A DNA stretch of 64,000 bases from Octopus sinensis (taxonomy: Eukaryota), in NCBI RefSeq assembly GCF_006345805.1, contig NC_043016.1:10664001-10728000 (forward strand), read 5' to 3'. The position numbers and the translations under genes are program-made. The notes under the pieces are model-generated. The model made no database searches. It worked only from the letters and a program-made list of their open reading frames with translations, and had not been told where the DNA came from. The first letter of the stretch is position 1. Each line of letters starts with the position of its first letter. This document shows positions 24,716-37,059 of this stretch, piece by piece.

Positions 24716-25680
24716 CTGTAAGCTAATGAAGTTCATAAGATAATTGTTTATTTCTTTGTCATCTTTTTTCTTATATGTGTATATATATATATATCTTTTA
24801 TCTATTACTTGTTTCAGTCATCTGATTGCAGCCATGCTGGAGCACTGCCTTGTAGGATTTATAGTCAAATAAATCAACTCCAGGGCTTATTTTTTCAGCC
24901 AAGTACCTATTCTATCAATCTTTTTTTCTATCAGTCTCTTTTGCCAAACTACTAAATTAGGGGGCATAAACACAGCAACACCAGTCGTCAACCAGTGATG
25001 AGGGGACAAACACAGACACAAAGATACACACACACACACACACACACATACACACACATACCCACTCACACATGACAGACTTCTTTCAGTTTCTGTTTAC
25101 CAAATCCACTTACAAGGCTTTGATCGGTCCAAGGCTATAGTAGAAGACACACACCTAAGGTGCCAGGGGACTGAAACCTAAAAACCATGTCATTGAGAAA
25201 CAAACTTCTTACCACACAGCCATGCCTGCGCCTATCTATCAAAACAGGGGGATTGGAAATTTTTTTGGTTTTATTTGGTCACCATTACATGTGTTTCATT
25301 TGCTAACAGGAGTTAGAAATGAAACACGTGTAATTGGGACTAAATAATACAAGCAAATTTTCCAATCTCATCATCATCATCATCATTTAGCGTCCGCTTT
25401 CCATGCTAGCATGGGTTGGATGGTTCAACTGGGGTCTGGGAAGCCAGAGGGCTGCATCAGGCCCAGTCTGATCTGGCAGTGTTCTTACAGCTGGATGCCC
25501 TTCCTAACGCCAACCACTCCGTGAGTGTAGTGGGTGCTTTTTACGTGCCACCGGCACAGGTGCCAGACGGGGCTGGCAAATGGCCACGGTCGGATGGTGC
25601 TTTTTACGTGCCACCCTGTTTTGATATATTATTCAGCAGAAGATATTTTCCAATATTTTTAACTGTTATGTATAACTCAC

Positions 25681-25688
25681 AAATAACA
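25681..25688 (-). CDS. Candidate 8-nt microexon (exon 6)
   Basis: ttttgacttttcctattcag|TGTTATTT|gtgagt; converts phase 2 to phase 1 as the flanking exons require. Confidence 0.3.
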
Positions 25689-26147
25689 CTGAATAGGAAA
25701 AGTCAAAAGCTACCTTCGGTTTTTTCTGTGCTTCCCAACCACATGGTTTTAGGTTCAATCCCACTGTGTGGCACTTTGGGCAAGTGTCTTCTACTATAGC
25801 TCCAGGCTGACCAAAGCTTTGTGAGTGGATTTGGTAGACGGAAACTGAAAAGAAGCCCATTGTATGTGTGTGTGTGTGTGTGTATTTGATCTCCAACCAC
25901 CTCTTGACAACTGGTGTTATCATGTTGATATCCCTGTAACTTAGCAGTTCAGCCAAAGAAATCGATAGAATAAATACCACACTTTGAAAAAGAATTAAGT
26001 ACCTCGGTCAATACATTCGTCTAAAAATACTTCATGGCTGTGCTTCAGCATAGCCATAGACTAATGACTAAACAAGTAAAAGAAAAAATATGCTTTTATT
26101 TGTGGCTTTATATGTGTGCTTTGAGATCTACTAATCCATTAAAGAAT

Positions 26148-26318
26148 TATCATATTTTAACGTGTATAAGGAACCCCCTAATTTTTGGGGGGTGGCTTAA
26201 AATTTGGAAAAAAGGTTTCGTAAGAGATTATAATACTATCCATGTATAAGAAACCCCTATATTTTTTTAACCTAATTTTTGACCAAAAAGGGTTCCTTAT
26301 ACACGTTAGAATACGGTA
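26148..26318. mobile_element. Tigger/pogo-like MITE
   Basis: Imperfect TIRs TATCATATTTTAACGTGTATAAG / CTTATACACGTTAGAATACGGTA. Confidence 0.65.
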
Positions 26319-26367
26319 CTTCATGCTCTCAAAAGTTTATAAAATTCTTATGATGTAATATTATATT

Positions 26368-26770
26368 CTACCAGCAGTATCACCCGGCGTTGCTCGGGTT
26401 TGTAAGGGAAATAACTATATAAGCATTTTTAGAGATGTAAAGTATAATAGCCATCTCATATGGCAACCACAAAGGGGGGGTGTTACTGTAGCTTTTTACG
26501 TTCTGAGATTTAATAATACATTTTTAGAGAGTTATTCCCTTATATAATAGCAAAAAAATGCATTAAAAATGGGAAAAAATGATGGTAAATTTTTTTTTAA
26601 ACTGTAGACTCATCGTAGACACGCGCTAATACCCAGAAGGGCTCGATATGAATCACGACTATAAGATACCCAGTTTTGGTTAAACTGCACCGAAAAATGT
26701 GGGAGTAGTTAGGAATCTAAATCGTAGGAGACAGACACACAACTTCACTTTTATATATTCTATTATGATA
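26368..26770 (+). mobile_element. HINE/DINE-like non-autonomous Helentron-type element
   Basis: 5' CTA..AGCAGTATCACCCGGCGTTGCTCGGG small hairpin; 3' GACAGACAC…TTTTATATAT end typical of this class. Confidence 0.55.
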
Positions 26771-27340
26771 GCTGGTGGTGTTGTTGGATCACTCTGACCA
26801 AGCAGATCTATCACGTACCCTGACTACCTCTACCACCTTATCCACCCATTTCTCTGCAAGGAGTGTGTCAAGTAATAATAAATATGTCAAGCATGTCAGT
26901 GAACGTAACTATCGTAAATATTGAGGTTTTCTTTTTTCATTAACTTGTCTTATGTGACTGATAAAAGACGTAATTAGCGTGGTTTCTCTAATGAGCTGCT
27001 GTATCAGTAATTAGACTGTGACAGCTCTGTTAATTTCAGGGTAAAATATAATGATTAACCCTTTAGTGTTTAAACCGGCCATATCTGGCCCAGATATTCT
27101 ACATATTTTATATTCAAACTGGCAATATCTGGCCTCTCACACCTACCCGACAATGTCACTCTAAATATAAACATCAATTATTGAAACCTCAAAGATATAA
27201 GATAATGCATGATTATTCAAAACAATTTGAGTGTAAAAAGTATTACATTTAACAGAGGAATCTGAACACTAAAGGGTTAATGATGATGACAATGACGATG
27301 ATGATAATGTTGAAGCTGACAGCATTGATTGCTAACAAAC

Positions 27341-27439
27341 AGTAAAGTTTTGACTACAAAATCCACCACACTGTCTGCTGTAAGGATATCTGTTGCAGAG
27401 AACGGTTGCAGTTGATAGCTCGGTGTTGAAAGTACAATG
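27341..27439 (-). CDS. Predicted exon 5 (SIVLSTPSYQLQPFSATDILTADSVVDFVVKTL)
   Basis: Branch-like CTAAC plus ctattttaag| acceptor; open frame; donor uncertain (ct|gtttgt). Confidence 0.5.
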
Positions 27440-27871
27440 CTTAAAATAGGTTAGCTTACAATTACCATATGAAACAGATTACACAATAAAAAAATGAATA
27501 ATAAATAAATAAATAAATAAAATGAAATTTATAAATAGATAACAATATTTTCCTAAAAATAATATGTAGGTTTGTGAAACTTCAATATAATTTTCATATA
27601 GGTACTGCAAAATCCATTACTATATACTCTACAATCATAACAGCTATTAATGACATAAGCATTATTCATATATTGTGTTAGGTGCATTTTTTTTTTTGAA
27701 GATAAATAATGTCTTCTGAAAAGTGAACTATAAAAAATATTTTTAAAAATGAAAGAAAAAACAGGAAAAATTCATTGAACCATGACATTTTTTTTTTTTT
27801 GAAATAGTGAATCTGGATAAAAATAAAAGATATAGATAACAGCTTGAAAATTTTGGATAAAAAACAAACAA

Positions 27872-28277
27872 GGCGCATGAGTGGCTGTGTGGTAAGTAGC
27901 TTGCTAACCAACCACATGGTTCCGGGTTCAGTCCCACTGCGTGGCACCTTGGGCAAGTGTCTTCTGCTATAGCCCCGGGTTGACCAATGCCTTGTGAGTG
28001 GATTTGGTAGACGGAAACTGAAAGAAGCATGTCGTATATATGTATATATATATATCTGTGCATGTATGTTTGTGTGTCTGTGTTTGTCCCTTAGCATTGC
28101 TTGACAACCGATGCTGGTGTGTTTATGTCCCCGTTACTTAGCAGTTCGGCAAAAGAGACCGATAGAATAAGTACTGGGCTTACAAAAGAATAAGTCCCGG
28201 GGTCGAGTTGCTCGATTAAAGGCGGTGCTCCAGCATGGCCGCAGTCAAATGACTGAAACAAGTAAAAGAGTAAAGAG
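27872..28277 (+). mobile_element. Full-length SINE family A flanked by a ~275-bp direct duplication
   Basis: Near-consensus copy; flanks 27597-27871 and 28278-28575 are homologous. Confidence 0.9.
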
Positions 28278-29049
28278 TATAGGTACTGCAAAATCCATTA
28301 CTATATACTTTACAATCGTAACAGCTATTAATGACATAAGCATTATTCATATATTGTGTTAGGTGCATTTTTTTTTGGGGAGATAAATGTCTTTTGAAAA
28401 GTGAACTATAAAAAATATTTTTAAAAATGAAAGTAGAAACAGGAAAAATCATTGTTCATATTTTCCTTTTTTTAAACCATGACATTTTTTTTTTTTTTTT
28501 TTGAAATAGTGAATCTGGATAAAAATAAAAGATATATATATAACAGCTTGAAAATTTTGGATAAAAAAAAACCAACTCTTTGGGTGGAAAATAACCAAAA
28601 GCTGGACATCCAAAGAGTTTTTTTTTTAACTCAATAGACCAATAGAATACAATAGAAGCTTCCAAAGAACAAGTCCTGGGGTCGATTTGATTCGACTAAA
28701 GGTGGTGCTCCAGCATGGCCACAGTCAAATGACTGAAACAAGTAAAAGAGTAATAGTTACAAGCTGTTGTTATTTATAGCTTTATTTGTTTCCAGATATT
28801 CTGTTTCATAAAAGAATTATTTCATATTCTCTCAAAGTTTATAAATTCATATGATGAAAGAATGGTTGTAGCCAGTATTTAGAGATGAGCAGGGACATTT
28901 TAATTTATCAAAATAAAACCACATCAATATATAACAGACTAAGTGTTTTTGAATATACTTTTTTTTTTGTAACACTTAACTATTTGAAGTAGGACAAAAA
29001 CGGGATAAAAGACAGTCGTTATTGATGGGAAGTGACAAAATATCACATA

Positions 29050-29880
29050 TGAGGCACCATCAAAAAGTTCCTGGATTAGTTATGTTTAATAAAAAATAAC
29101 TTATTTACCAAAGTTTTAGCATCATCATCTTTGAAATAGTCACTTTGTGCAGTAATCCACTGGTCTCAGTATTCCTACCACTTTTGGAATCTGGCCTGGA
29201 TGTCATTTTCCATAAGCGAGTCAAAGATCTTCTGCAAATTGCTCTGGATTTCAACAGCAATATTAAAACGGTGACCTTTGAGGTGCGTTTTCATCTTTGG
29301 GAAGAGATGGACGTCCACAGGTGCTAAATCTGGTGAATGGGCAGGTATGGAAGTGACACCATGTTGTTTTTCGTGAGAAACTCACAAGAGAGGAGAGCTC
29401 GGTGGCAGGGATGCATTGCCATCATGAAGAATCTAATTCTTCACGCTCCACAGATTTCGTTGCTTTTACCAAATATCCTCCCTCAAACACTTCAAAATAT
29501 TGCAGTAAAATTCTCAAATGATGGTCTTGCCCTGGGGGTGGAATCCTCAATGCACAACACCACATTTTCCGAGGTGGTCTGGCCCTGGGGGTGGAATCCT
29601 CAAAGCACAATACCACATTTCCCAAGGTGGTCTGGCCCTGGGGGTGGAATCCTCAATGCACAACACCACATTTCCTGAGGTGACACTCATAGCAAATCTT
29701 CCAGATCACTCATCATCTCCCACTTTTGAAGTACCTGTGCCTCTTTGAAACATGGCGTATACAACCCATTGCCTCATCACTGCAAGCTTGCTGAAGCATC
29801 CTCAATGTCTCTGTAGCAGACTTTCCAAGTTTAATGCAAAATTTCACATTGGCTCTTTGTTCCTGTCCATGACAAAAAAT
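29050..29880 (-). mobile_element. Degenerate mariner transposase 3' half with internal 53-bp minisatellite
   Basis: Minus-strand remnants HHDNA..CHRALL..EFLTKNNM…YSPDLAP..LFPKMKTHLKGHRF; TIR-like GAGGCACCATCAAAAAGTTCCTGG; three 53-bp units at 29520-29678. Confidence 0.8.
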
Positions 29881-29971
29881 CACAGACTACAGCACACTTC
29901 TTCATGAAGGTCTATGTGTTATATTTGTGATTGGATTTGGTAGAAAGAATCTGAAAGTAGTCCATCGTATA

Positions 29972-31007
29972 CAAGGTGTGCCATAACAAATTCCTGATTG
30001 GTTTTTAGTCTCAATTTTTAGTAAAGGGCATAAAAACACACAAGTTCTATAGGATTTAATTAAATATGGTCATGTAACATATTAAGATACGTTTCATCCA
30101 ATATTCTGTTATTCTTTTATTTGTTTCAGTCATTTGACTGTGGCCATACTGGAGCACCGCCTTTAGTCGAGCAATTTAACCCCAGCACACTTCTTCGTGA
30201 AAGTCACTGCAAGCTCTCACCGTGCATGCAACTGTGTGCTGCCATCTGTTGGTGTGCTACAGAACTAGTGCAGAACTAGTTCTGACATAAAAATAACATT
30301 TGGAATTTTTTCCACTTTGCTTTTTGGTGTCTTCAATATTTATATTACAAACGAAATCTATTTCCAAATAAATACACACACAAACACACATGACTATGCA
30401 AACACACACACACACACAAACACACACAACACTCACACACACGCACACACACGTACAAACTCATACAGATACACACAAAGACATTCATTTATGTTCAGTC
30501 ACATATGCACATACCCATACATACATGCACACATGCACACACAAAGGCCATCGTGTGATGTTTGGGAGTGAGGAGTAATAATTTCCATGCTTCCTCTTCT
30601 TCTTGCTATTGTTATTTACATCCTCATACTCTCATTTAAAAAATTTCGTCACATACATTTTTTTTTCAACAATCGCTCAGTCGTTATCATCAGCTTGGGT
30701 ACTTCCAGTTAGTCACGTAATTTGTATTTGGTTTATATGTACACATCATCGTCACCATCACCATCACCATCATCATCATCATCATCATCATCATCACCAT
30801 CATCACCATCATCAACATCATCATCACCATCATCATCATCATCCTCATCATCATCATCATCATCATCAACATCACCACCATCATCATCATCATCATCATC
30901 ATCAACATCATCATCATCATCATCACCACCATCACCATCATCATCACCATCACCATCATCATCATCACCATCATCATCACCATCATCATCATCATCATCA
31001 CCATCAT

Positions 31008-31081
<74 letters not shown>

Positions 31082-32174
31082 ACATCATCACCAACATCAT
31101 CATCATCATCATCATCACCATCATCATCACCATCATCGTCGTCATCATCACAATTATCATCATCGATTTAACATCCGCTTTCCCGTGCTTCCATAGATCA
31201 GATGGAATTTTCTTGAGGCAGACTTTCCGCAGCTGCATGCCTTCCCAGACACCAACCCTCACCTGTTTCCCAGTAAGGTAAATATGTTTCCCTATAACCG
31301 GACATACTTTTTCATAGAAGACTGGGAACGAAGGACACTGCAGCGTCACATTAAGACAGTGTGTTAGTATCACCTTTCCAAGACAAGGTGATACTAACAC
31401 ACATGCATATGTACTTGGTCACACATACACACACACACTCATGCATGTACACATGTAAATGCACACACACACACACACACACACATATGGACTTTGCTAT
31501 TTGGTCCATTCTAGAAAGTGACATTTCATGAGTTTCCTACAAGAATATCACTGCTCTGAAGAATGCCTTAGTAGCATCATGGGATCATTTAAGTGCATCT
31601 GGCATTTATGTAATTCCGTTCTTGGCCATCTTTGAGCAATTGTGAAGTCTAAAGGTGGACGTATATGGCTGTGTGGTAAGTAACTTGCTTCCCAACCACA
31701 TGGTTCTAGGCTCAGTCCCACCGCATGGTACCTTGGGCAAGTGTCTTCTCCTATAACCTCATGCCAACCAAAGTCTTGTGAGTGGATTTGGTAAACAGAA
31801 ACTGAAAGAAGCCTGTTGCATATATGTGTGTGTGTGCATGTGTGTGTTTGTCCTCCCAACATCGCTTGGCAATTGATACTGGTGTGTTTATGTCCCCATA
31901 ACTTAGCAGTTCAGCAAAAACAACCATTAGAATAAGTTCTAGGCTTACAAAGAATAAATCCTTGGATTGAATTGCTAAACTAAAGGTGGTGCTCCAGCAA
32001 GGCCGCAGTCAAATGACTGAAACAAGTAAAAGAATAACAGAATATTGGATGAAACGTATCTTAATATGTTACGTGACCATATTTAATTAAATCCTATAGA
32101 ACTTGTGTGTTTTTATGCCCTTTATTAAAAATTGTGACTAAAACCCAATCAGGAATTCGTTATGGCACACCTTG
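29972..32174. mobile_element. TA-flanked segment bounded by ~200-bp inverted repeats (Tc1-like ends)
   Basis: TA|CAAGGTGTGCCATAAC… at 29972 and its reverse complement ending …GGCACACCTTG|TA at 32174; the arms include a SINE 3' tail. Confidence 0.8.
30745..31165. repeat. ~420-bp (CAT/CAC)n triplet microsatellite
   Basis: Directly visible; the source of the poly-His, poly-Met and poly-Ser ORFs. Confidence 0.97.
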
Positions 32175-32713
32175 TATATACTCTTTTACTTGTTTCAGTC
32201 ATTTGACTGCGGCCATGCTGGAGCACCACCTTTAATCGAGCAACTCGACCCTGGGACTTATTCTTTTCTAAGCCCAGTCCTTATTCTATTGGTCTCTTTT
32301 TGCCGAACCGCTAAGTGACGGGGACATAAACACACCAGCATCGGTTGTCAAGCAATGCTAGGGGGACAAACACAGACACACAAACATACACACAACATAT
32401 ATATATATACATATATACGACAGGCTTCTTTCAGTTTCCGTCTACCAAATCCACTCAAGGCTTTGGTCGGCCCGTGGCTATAGCAGAAAACACTTGCCCA
32501 AGATGCCACGCAGTGGGACTGAACCCGGAACCATGTGGTTGGTAAGCAAGCTACTTACCACACAGCCACTCCTGCGCCTATATGATGGGCTTCTTTCAGA
32601 TTCTTTCTACCAAATTCAGTCACACATGTAGCACATAGACCTTGTGTCCATTTATCCCAACTTCTCTTTCCTTTCACCATCTTGGTGGCTATGGTTGTAA
32701 TTAAGTAAGGAAC

Positions 32714-32804
32714 CTTAAGACAAAACAGGATTTCTCTGGGTTCTTTAATGCATCACTTTGCTGAAATCTGCAGAGTCTTGACTCTGGTAGAGTCAATGGG
32801 TTAT
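32714..32804 (-). CDS. Predicted exon 4 (DNPLTLPESRLCRFQQSDALKNPEKSCFVL)
   Basis: Open frame in unique sequence; weak acceptor (gttagttag|, alternative in-frame ctctaccag|) and weak donor AAG|gttcct; phase 1 to 2. Confidence 0.3.
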
Positions 32805-33276
32805 CTAACTAACAGTTAGAGTCACTGTACAGAAACTGACTGACACATCATCGACTTAATGTCCACTTTTCAATGTTAGCATGGGTCAGATGGAATTTAT
32901 TAAAACAGATTTTCTATGACCTGATGCCCTCTCTCTTGCCAACCCTGGCTGGTTTCCAAAGAATGTAATATTTTTCTGTGATTGTACATCTTTTCATGGA
33001 AGATTGAAATTAAACATCACCATTTGTATGTCAGTGACACTCATTTACAACCATCATACAAAGTCAAGACAAAGAGACAAACACACGCACACACACACAC
33101 ACATCAGCATCATCATTTAGCGTCTGTTTTCCATGCTGGCATAGGTTGGACTGTTTGACTGGTGACTGGCAAGCCAGTAGGCCTCACCAGGCCCCAATCT
33201 GATCTGGCAATGTTTCTACAGCTGGATGCCCTTCCTAACGCCAACCACTCTGAGAGTGTAGTGGATGCTTTTTACG

Positions 33277-33309
<33 letters not shown>

Positions 33310-33924
33310 CGATGGGCTTCTTTCAGTTTCCATCTACCAAACCCACTTGGCCTGAGACTATAGTAGAAAACACTTGCTCAAGGTGCCACGCAGTGGGACT
33401 AAACCCAGAACTATGTATCTGGCAAGCAAGCTTCTAACCACACATGCAGGAGGATATACACATTAGTGTATCAGTAGATACAAGCATCAGTAGATACAAG
33501 CAAAAGTACCATGTGGTATTTATCCTACCCAAATTACACAAACAATCTCACCATCAGAGATGTGGTCCACCACTCACTGTAGCTAGCGAATTTTTATTGT
33601 ACATATTTTGCACAATTTAAAAGAAATTAACGTTTGGCATTGACCTAATTAACTACACAACTACAACTAAAATATTTGCCTCTATGACATTATGAATTCA
33701 TTATTAGAAATAAGGCTTCCAGATAAGTGTGTTACATTTGTCACTCGTTAGTAGTTAACGAAGCAAGTCCCGTCTTAATTGTTCTATTGTTCTCTGAATA
33801 AGTTTTATCAACTCGCAACATCATACTTGATTAGCTTATATTCATTTAATATTGCAATTTAATTGACTAAGTATGACTAATTAGCTTGATGCTTAAATGA
33901 AATATATGTGTATGCATGTCTGTG

Positions 33925-34700
33925 TGCCCATACACACAACCACACACATACACACACACACATACACACAACACACACACACAACACACACACACACACA
34001 CACACACATGTAGTTCTACAAGAAAGAGGTTGACAGTGAGAAAATTTCTGTTTGCTTGCCTTCATTAGATAGTCTGATGAAAAAGGAGCATGAACGCACA
34101 CACACACACACATATACACACACACGTACACACACACGTGTATACACATATACACATGCACACAGACACACACAAATACACACATGCACACACATACATG
34201 TGCGCATACACATGCACACAGACACGCACACATACATGTGTGCATACACATATGCACATGCACACAGACACGCACACATACATGTGTGCATACACATGTA
34301 CACAGACACACATACATACACACATGCACACACCTACATGTGCGCATACATATATACACATGCACACACACACGTACACACATACACATGCACACACACA
34401 CATGTGCGCATACACATATACACATGCACAGACACGCACTTATACACACATGCACACACACACATGTGTGCATACACATGTACACAGACATGCACACATA
34501 CACACATGCACACACACACATGTGCGCATACACATATACACATGCACACAGACACGCACACATACACACATGCACACACATACATGTGTGCATACACATG
34601 CACACAGACACGCACACATACACACATGCACACACATACATGTGCACATACACATGCACACAGACACGCACACATACACACATGCACACACATACATGTA
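33925..34700. repeat. Complex CA-rich minisatellite (alternating purine-pyrimidine)
   Basis: Recurrent blocks such as CACACATACACACATGCACAC and CATGTGTGCATACAC over about 770 bp. Confidence 0.95.
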
Positions 34701-34710
34701 GGTGCAGTTT

Positions 34711-34886
34711 CGTCTGCCGTTACGTTCTGAGTTCAAATTCCGCCGAGGTCGACTTTGCCTTTCATCCTTTCGGGGTCGATAAATTAAGTACCAGTTACGC
34801 ACTGGGGTCGATGTAATCGATTTAATACTTATGTCTGTCCTTGTTTGTTCCCTCTGTGTTTAGCCCCTTGTGGGTAGTAAAGAAAT
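34711..34886 (+). mobile_element. 5'-truncated SINE family B
   Basis: Perfect 15-bp TSD ATGTAGGTGCAGTTT (34696-34710, 34887-34901). Confidence 0.9.
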
Positions 34887-36016
34887 ATGTAGGTGCAGTT
34901 TGGCCAAATGGTTAAGAGGTTCATTTTGCAACCACTAGATCTAAGGGTCAATCCCTTGGTGTGGCATTTTAAGAAAATGCCACTTTCTGTTCTGAATCGA
35001 ACAAAGCATTGTCAATGACACTGGGTGGACAGAAGCTCTTTAGAAACCCACAGAGTAGATTCTATCTTCGTTTCAAAATTCAGAATATACAGTCACACCA
35101 GATATTGTATCACACAGATTTTACTCTTACTCTTTACTCTTTTACTTGTTTCAGTCATTTGACTGTGGCCATGCTGGAGCACCGCCTTTAGTTGAGCAAA
35201 TCGACCTCGGGACTTATTCTTTGTAAGCTCAGTGCTTATTCTATCGGTCTCTTTTGCCGAACTGCTAAGTGACGGGGACGTAAACACACCAGCATCAGCT
35301 GTCAAGCGATGGTGGGGGGACAAACACAGACACACAAACATACATATATATATATACATATATACGACAGGCGTCTTTCAGTTTCCGTCTACCAAATCCA
35401 CTCACAAGGCTTTGGTCAGCCCGAGGCAATAGTAGAAGACACTTGCCCAAGATGCCACGCAGTGGGACTAAACCCGGAACCATGTGGTTGGTAAGCAAGC
35501 TACTTATCACACAGCCACTCCTGCGCCTATTTTGCCTGAGAATTATGTTAAGACTACACATGTCTGTGGAATACTCAACCATGTACACATTAATTCATTT
35601 GATTAACCCATTAGCATTCAGATTACTCAGTGGAATGTGATGCCCTTTTATTCACACCGTTATGGAGTTAATCCTGTATTATCTCATAGCTTGAAGATTT
35701 CGGTGATGTGATTGTTTGTTTTTAGAATGACATTGTAGGGCAGGTACGAGTGTCCTGATCTGGTCAGTTTGAATACTAAAGGGTTAAACAACAGAATCCT
35801 CATTGCCAAATGATAAAGACATCACATCTATATATATCATCATCATCATCATCATCATCGTCGTTTAGCGTCCGCTTTCCATGCTGGGTTGGACGGTTCA
35901 ACTGGGGTCTGGGAAGCCAGAAGGCTGCACCAGGCCCAGTCTGATCTGGCAATGTTTCTACGGCTGGATGCCCTTCTTAACGCCAACTACTCCATGAGTG
36001 TAGTGGGTGCTTATAC

Positions 36017-36049
<33 letters not shown>

Positions 36050-36050
<1 letters not shown>

Positions 36051-36962
36051 AATACCTCTGCTGGTGACAAAGGGCCAAACGCTCAGAGTAAAAGGTAGAC
36101 TATGACACATGTGTATGAACAGCCATGCTACATGGCAGTGAAACATGGGTGGTGGCTGCTGAGGACATGCATAAGCTTGCAAGGAATGAAGCCAGTATGC
36201 TCCGCTGGATGTGTAATGTCAGTGTGCATACTCGACAGTGTAAGCACCTTGAGAGATAAGTTGGACCTAAGAAGCATCAGATGTGGTGTGCAAGAGAGAC
36301 GACTGCGCTGGTATGGACATGTGGTGTAAATGGATGATGACAGCTGTGTGAAAAAGTGTCACACCTTAGCAGTTGAGGGAATCTGTGGAAGAGGTAGACC
36401 CAGGAAGACCTAGGATGAAGTGGTGAAGCATGACCTTCGAACATTGGGCCTCACCAAGGCAATGACTAGAGACCTTTGGAAATATATTGTGCATGAGAGG
36501 ATCTGGCAAGCCAGGTGAGACCATAACCCGTGGCCTATTTCAGCAGTATAACCAGCCTACTTATGTGTTGCTTGTGAAGACCTGTTGAAGCAAGTGGAAC
36601 ATTAAAAGTACCATCTGAGTGTGATTACTGCCAGGGCTGCTGACAGGCTCCCATGCCAGTGGCACATAAAAAGCACAAGTTGTGCATGATCGTTATCAGC
36701 ATTGCCTTACTGGCACATAAAAAGCACCATTTGAGCATGGCTGTTGCCAGTGCTGCCTGACTGGCCCTCATGCCAGTGGCATGTAAAAGTACCCACTAAC
36801 ACACTCTCAGTGTGGTTGGTATCGATAGGGCATCCAACTGTAGAAAACTCTGCCAGCTCAGATTGGAGCCTGGTGGCAGCCATCTGGTTCGCCAGTCCTC
36901 AGTCAAGCTGTCCAACCCATCCAATGCCAGCATGGAAGCAGACATTAAACAATGATGATGAT
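36050..36962 (+). mobile_element. RTE LINE 3' end (ORF2 C-terminus, 3' UTR and GAT tail)
   Basis: KGRLYDTCV..AMLHGSETW…SMLRWMCNV…RRLRWYGHV…GRGRPRKT; the 3' UTR matches family C repeats. Confidence 0.9.
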
Positions 36963-37004
36963 TTATATATTATATATATATACATATATATTATGTATGT
37001 AATG

Positions 37005-37059
<55 letters not shown>

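Noticed and set aside
29520-29678. CRISPR-like regular repeats
   Set aside because: Contiguous 53-bp units with no unique spacers, no cas genes and a eukaryotic context.
30603-31400. Long poly-His, poly-Met and poly-Ser ORFs (197-236 aa)
   Set aside because: They are translations of a (CAT)n microsatellite in several frames, with no splice signals or domain.
33877-34816. Stack of 105-270 aa Cys/Val- or His/Thr-rich ORFs resembling metal-binding proteins
   Set aside because: CA/TG repeats lack stop codons in most frames; the same holds for 1225-1548, 2397-2825 and 8971-9432.
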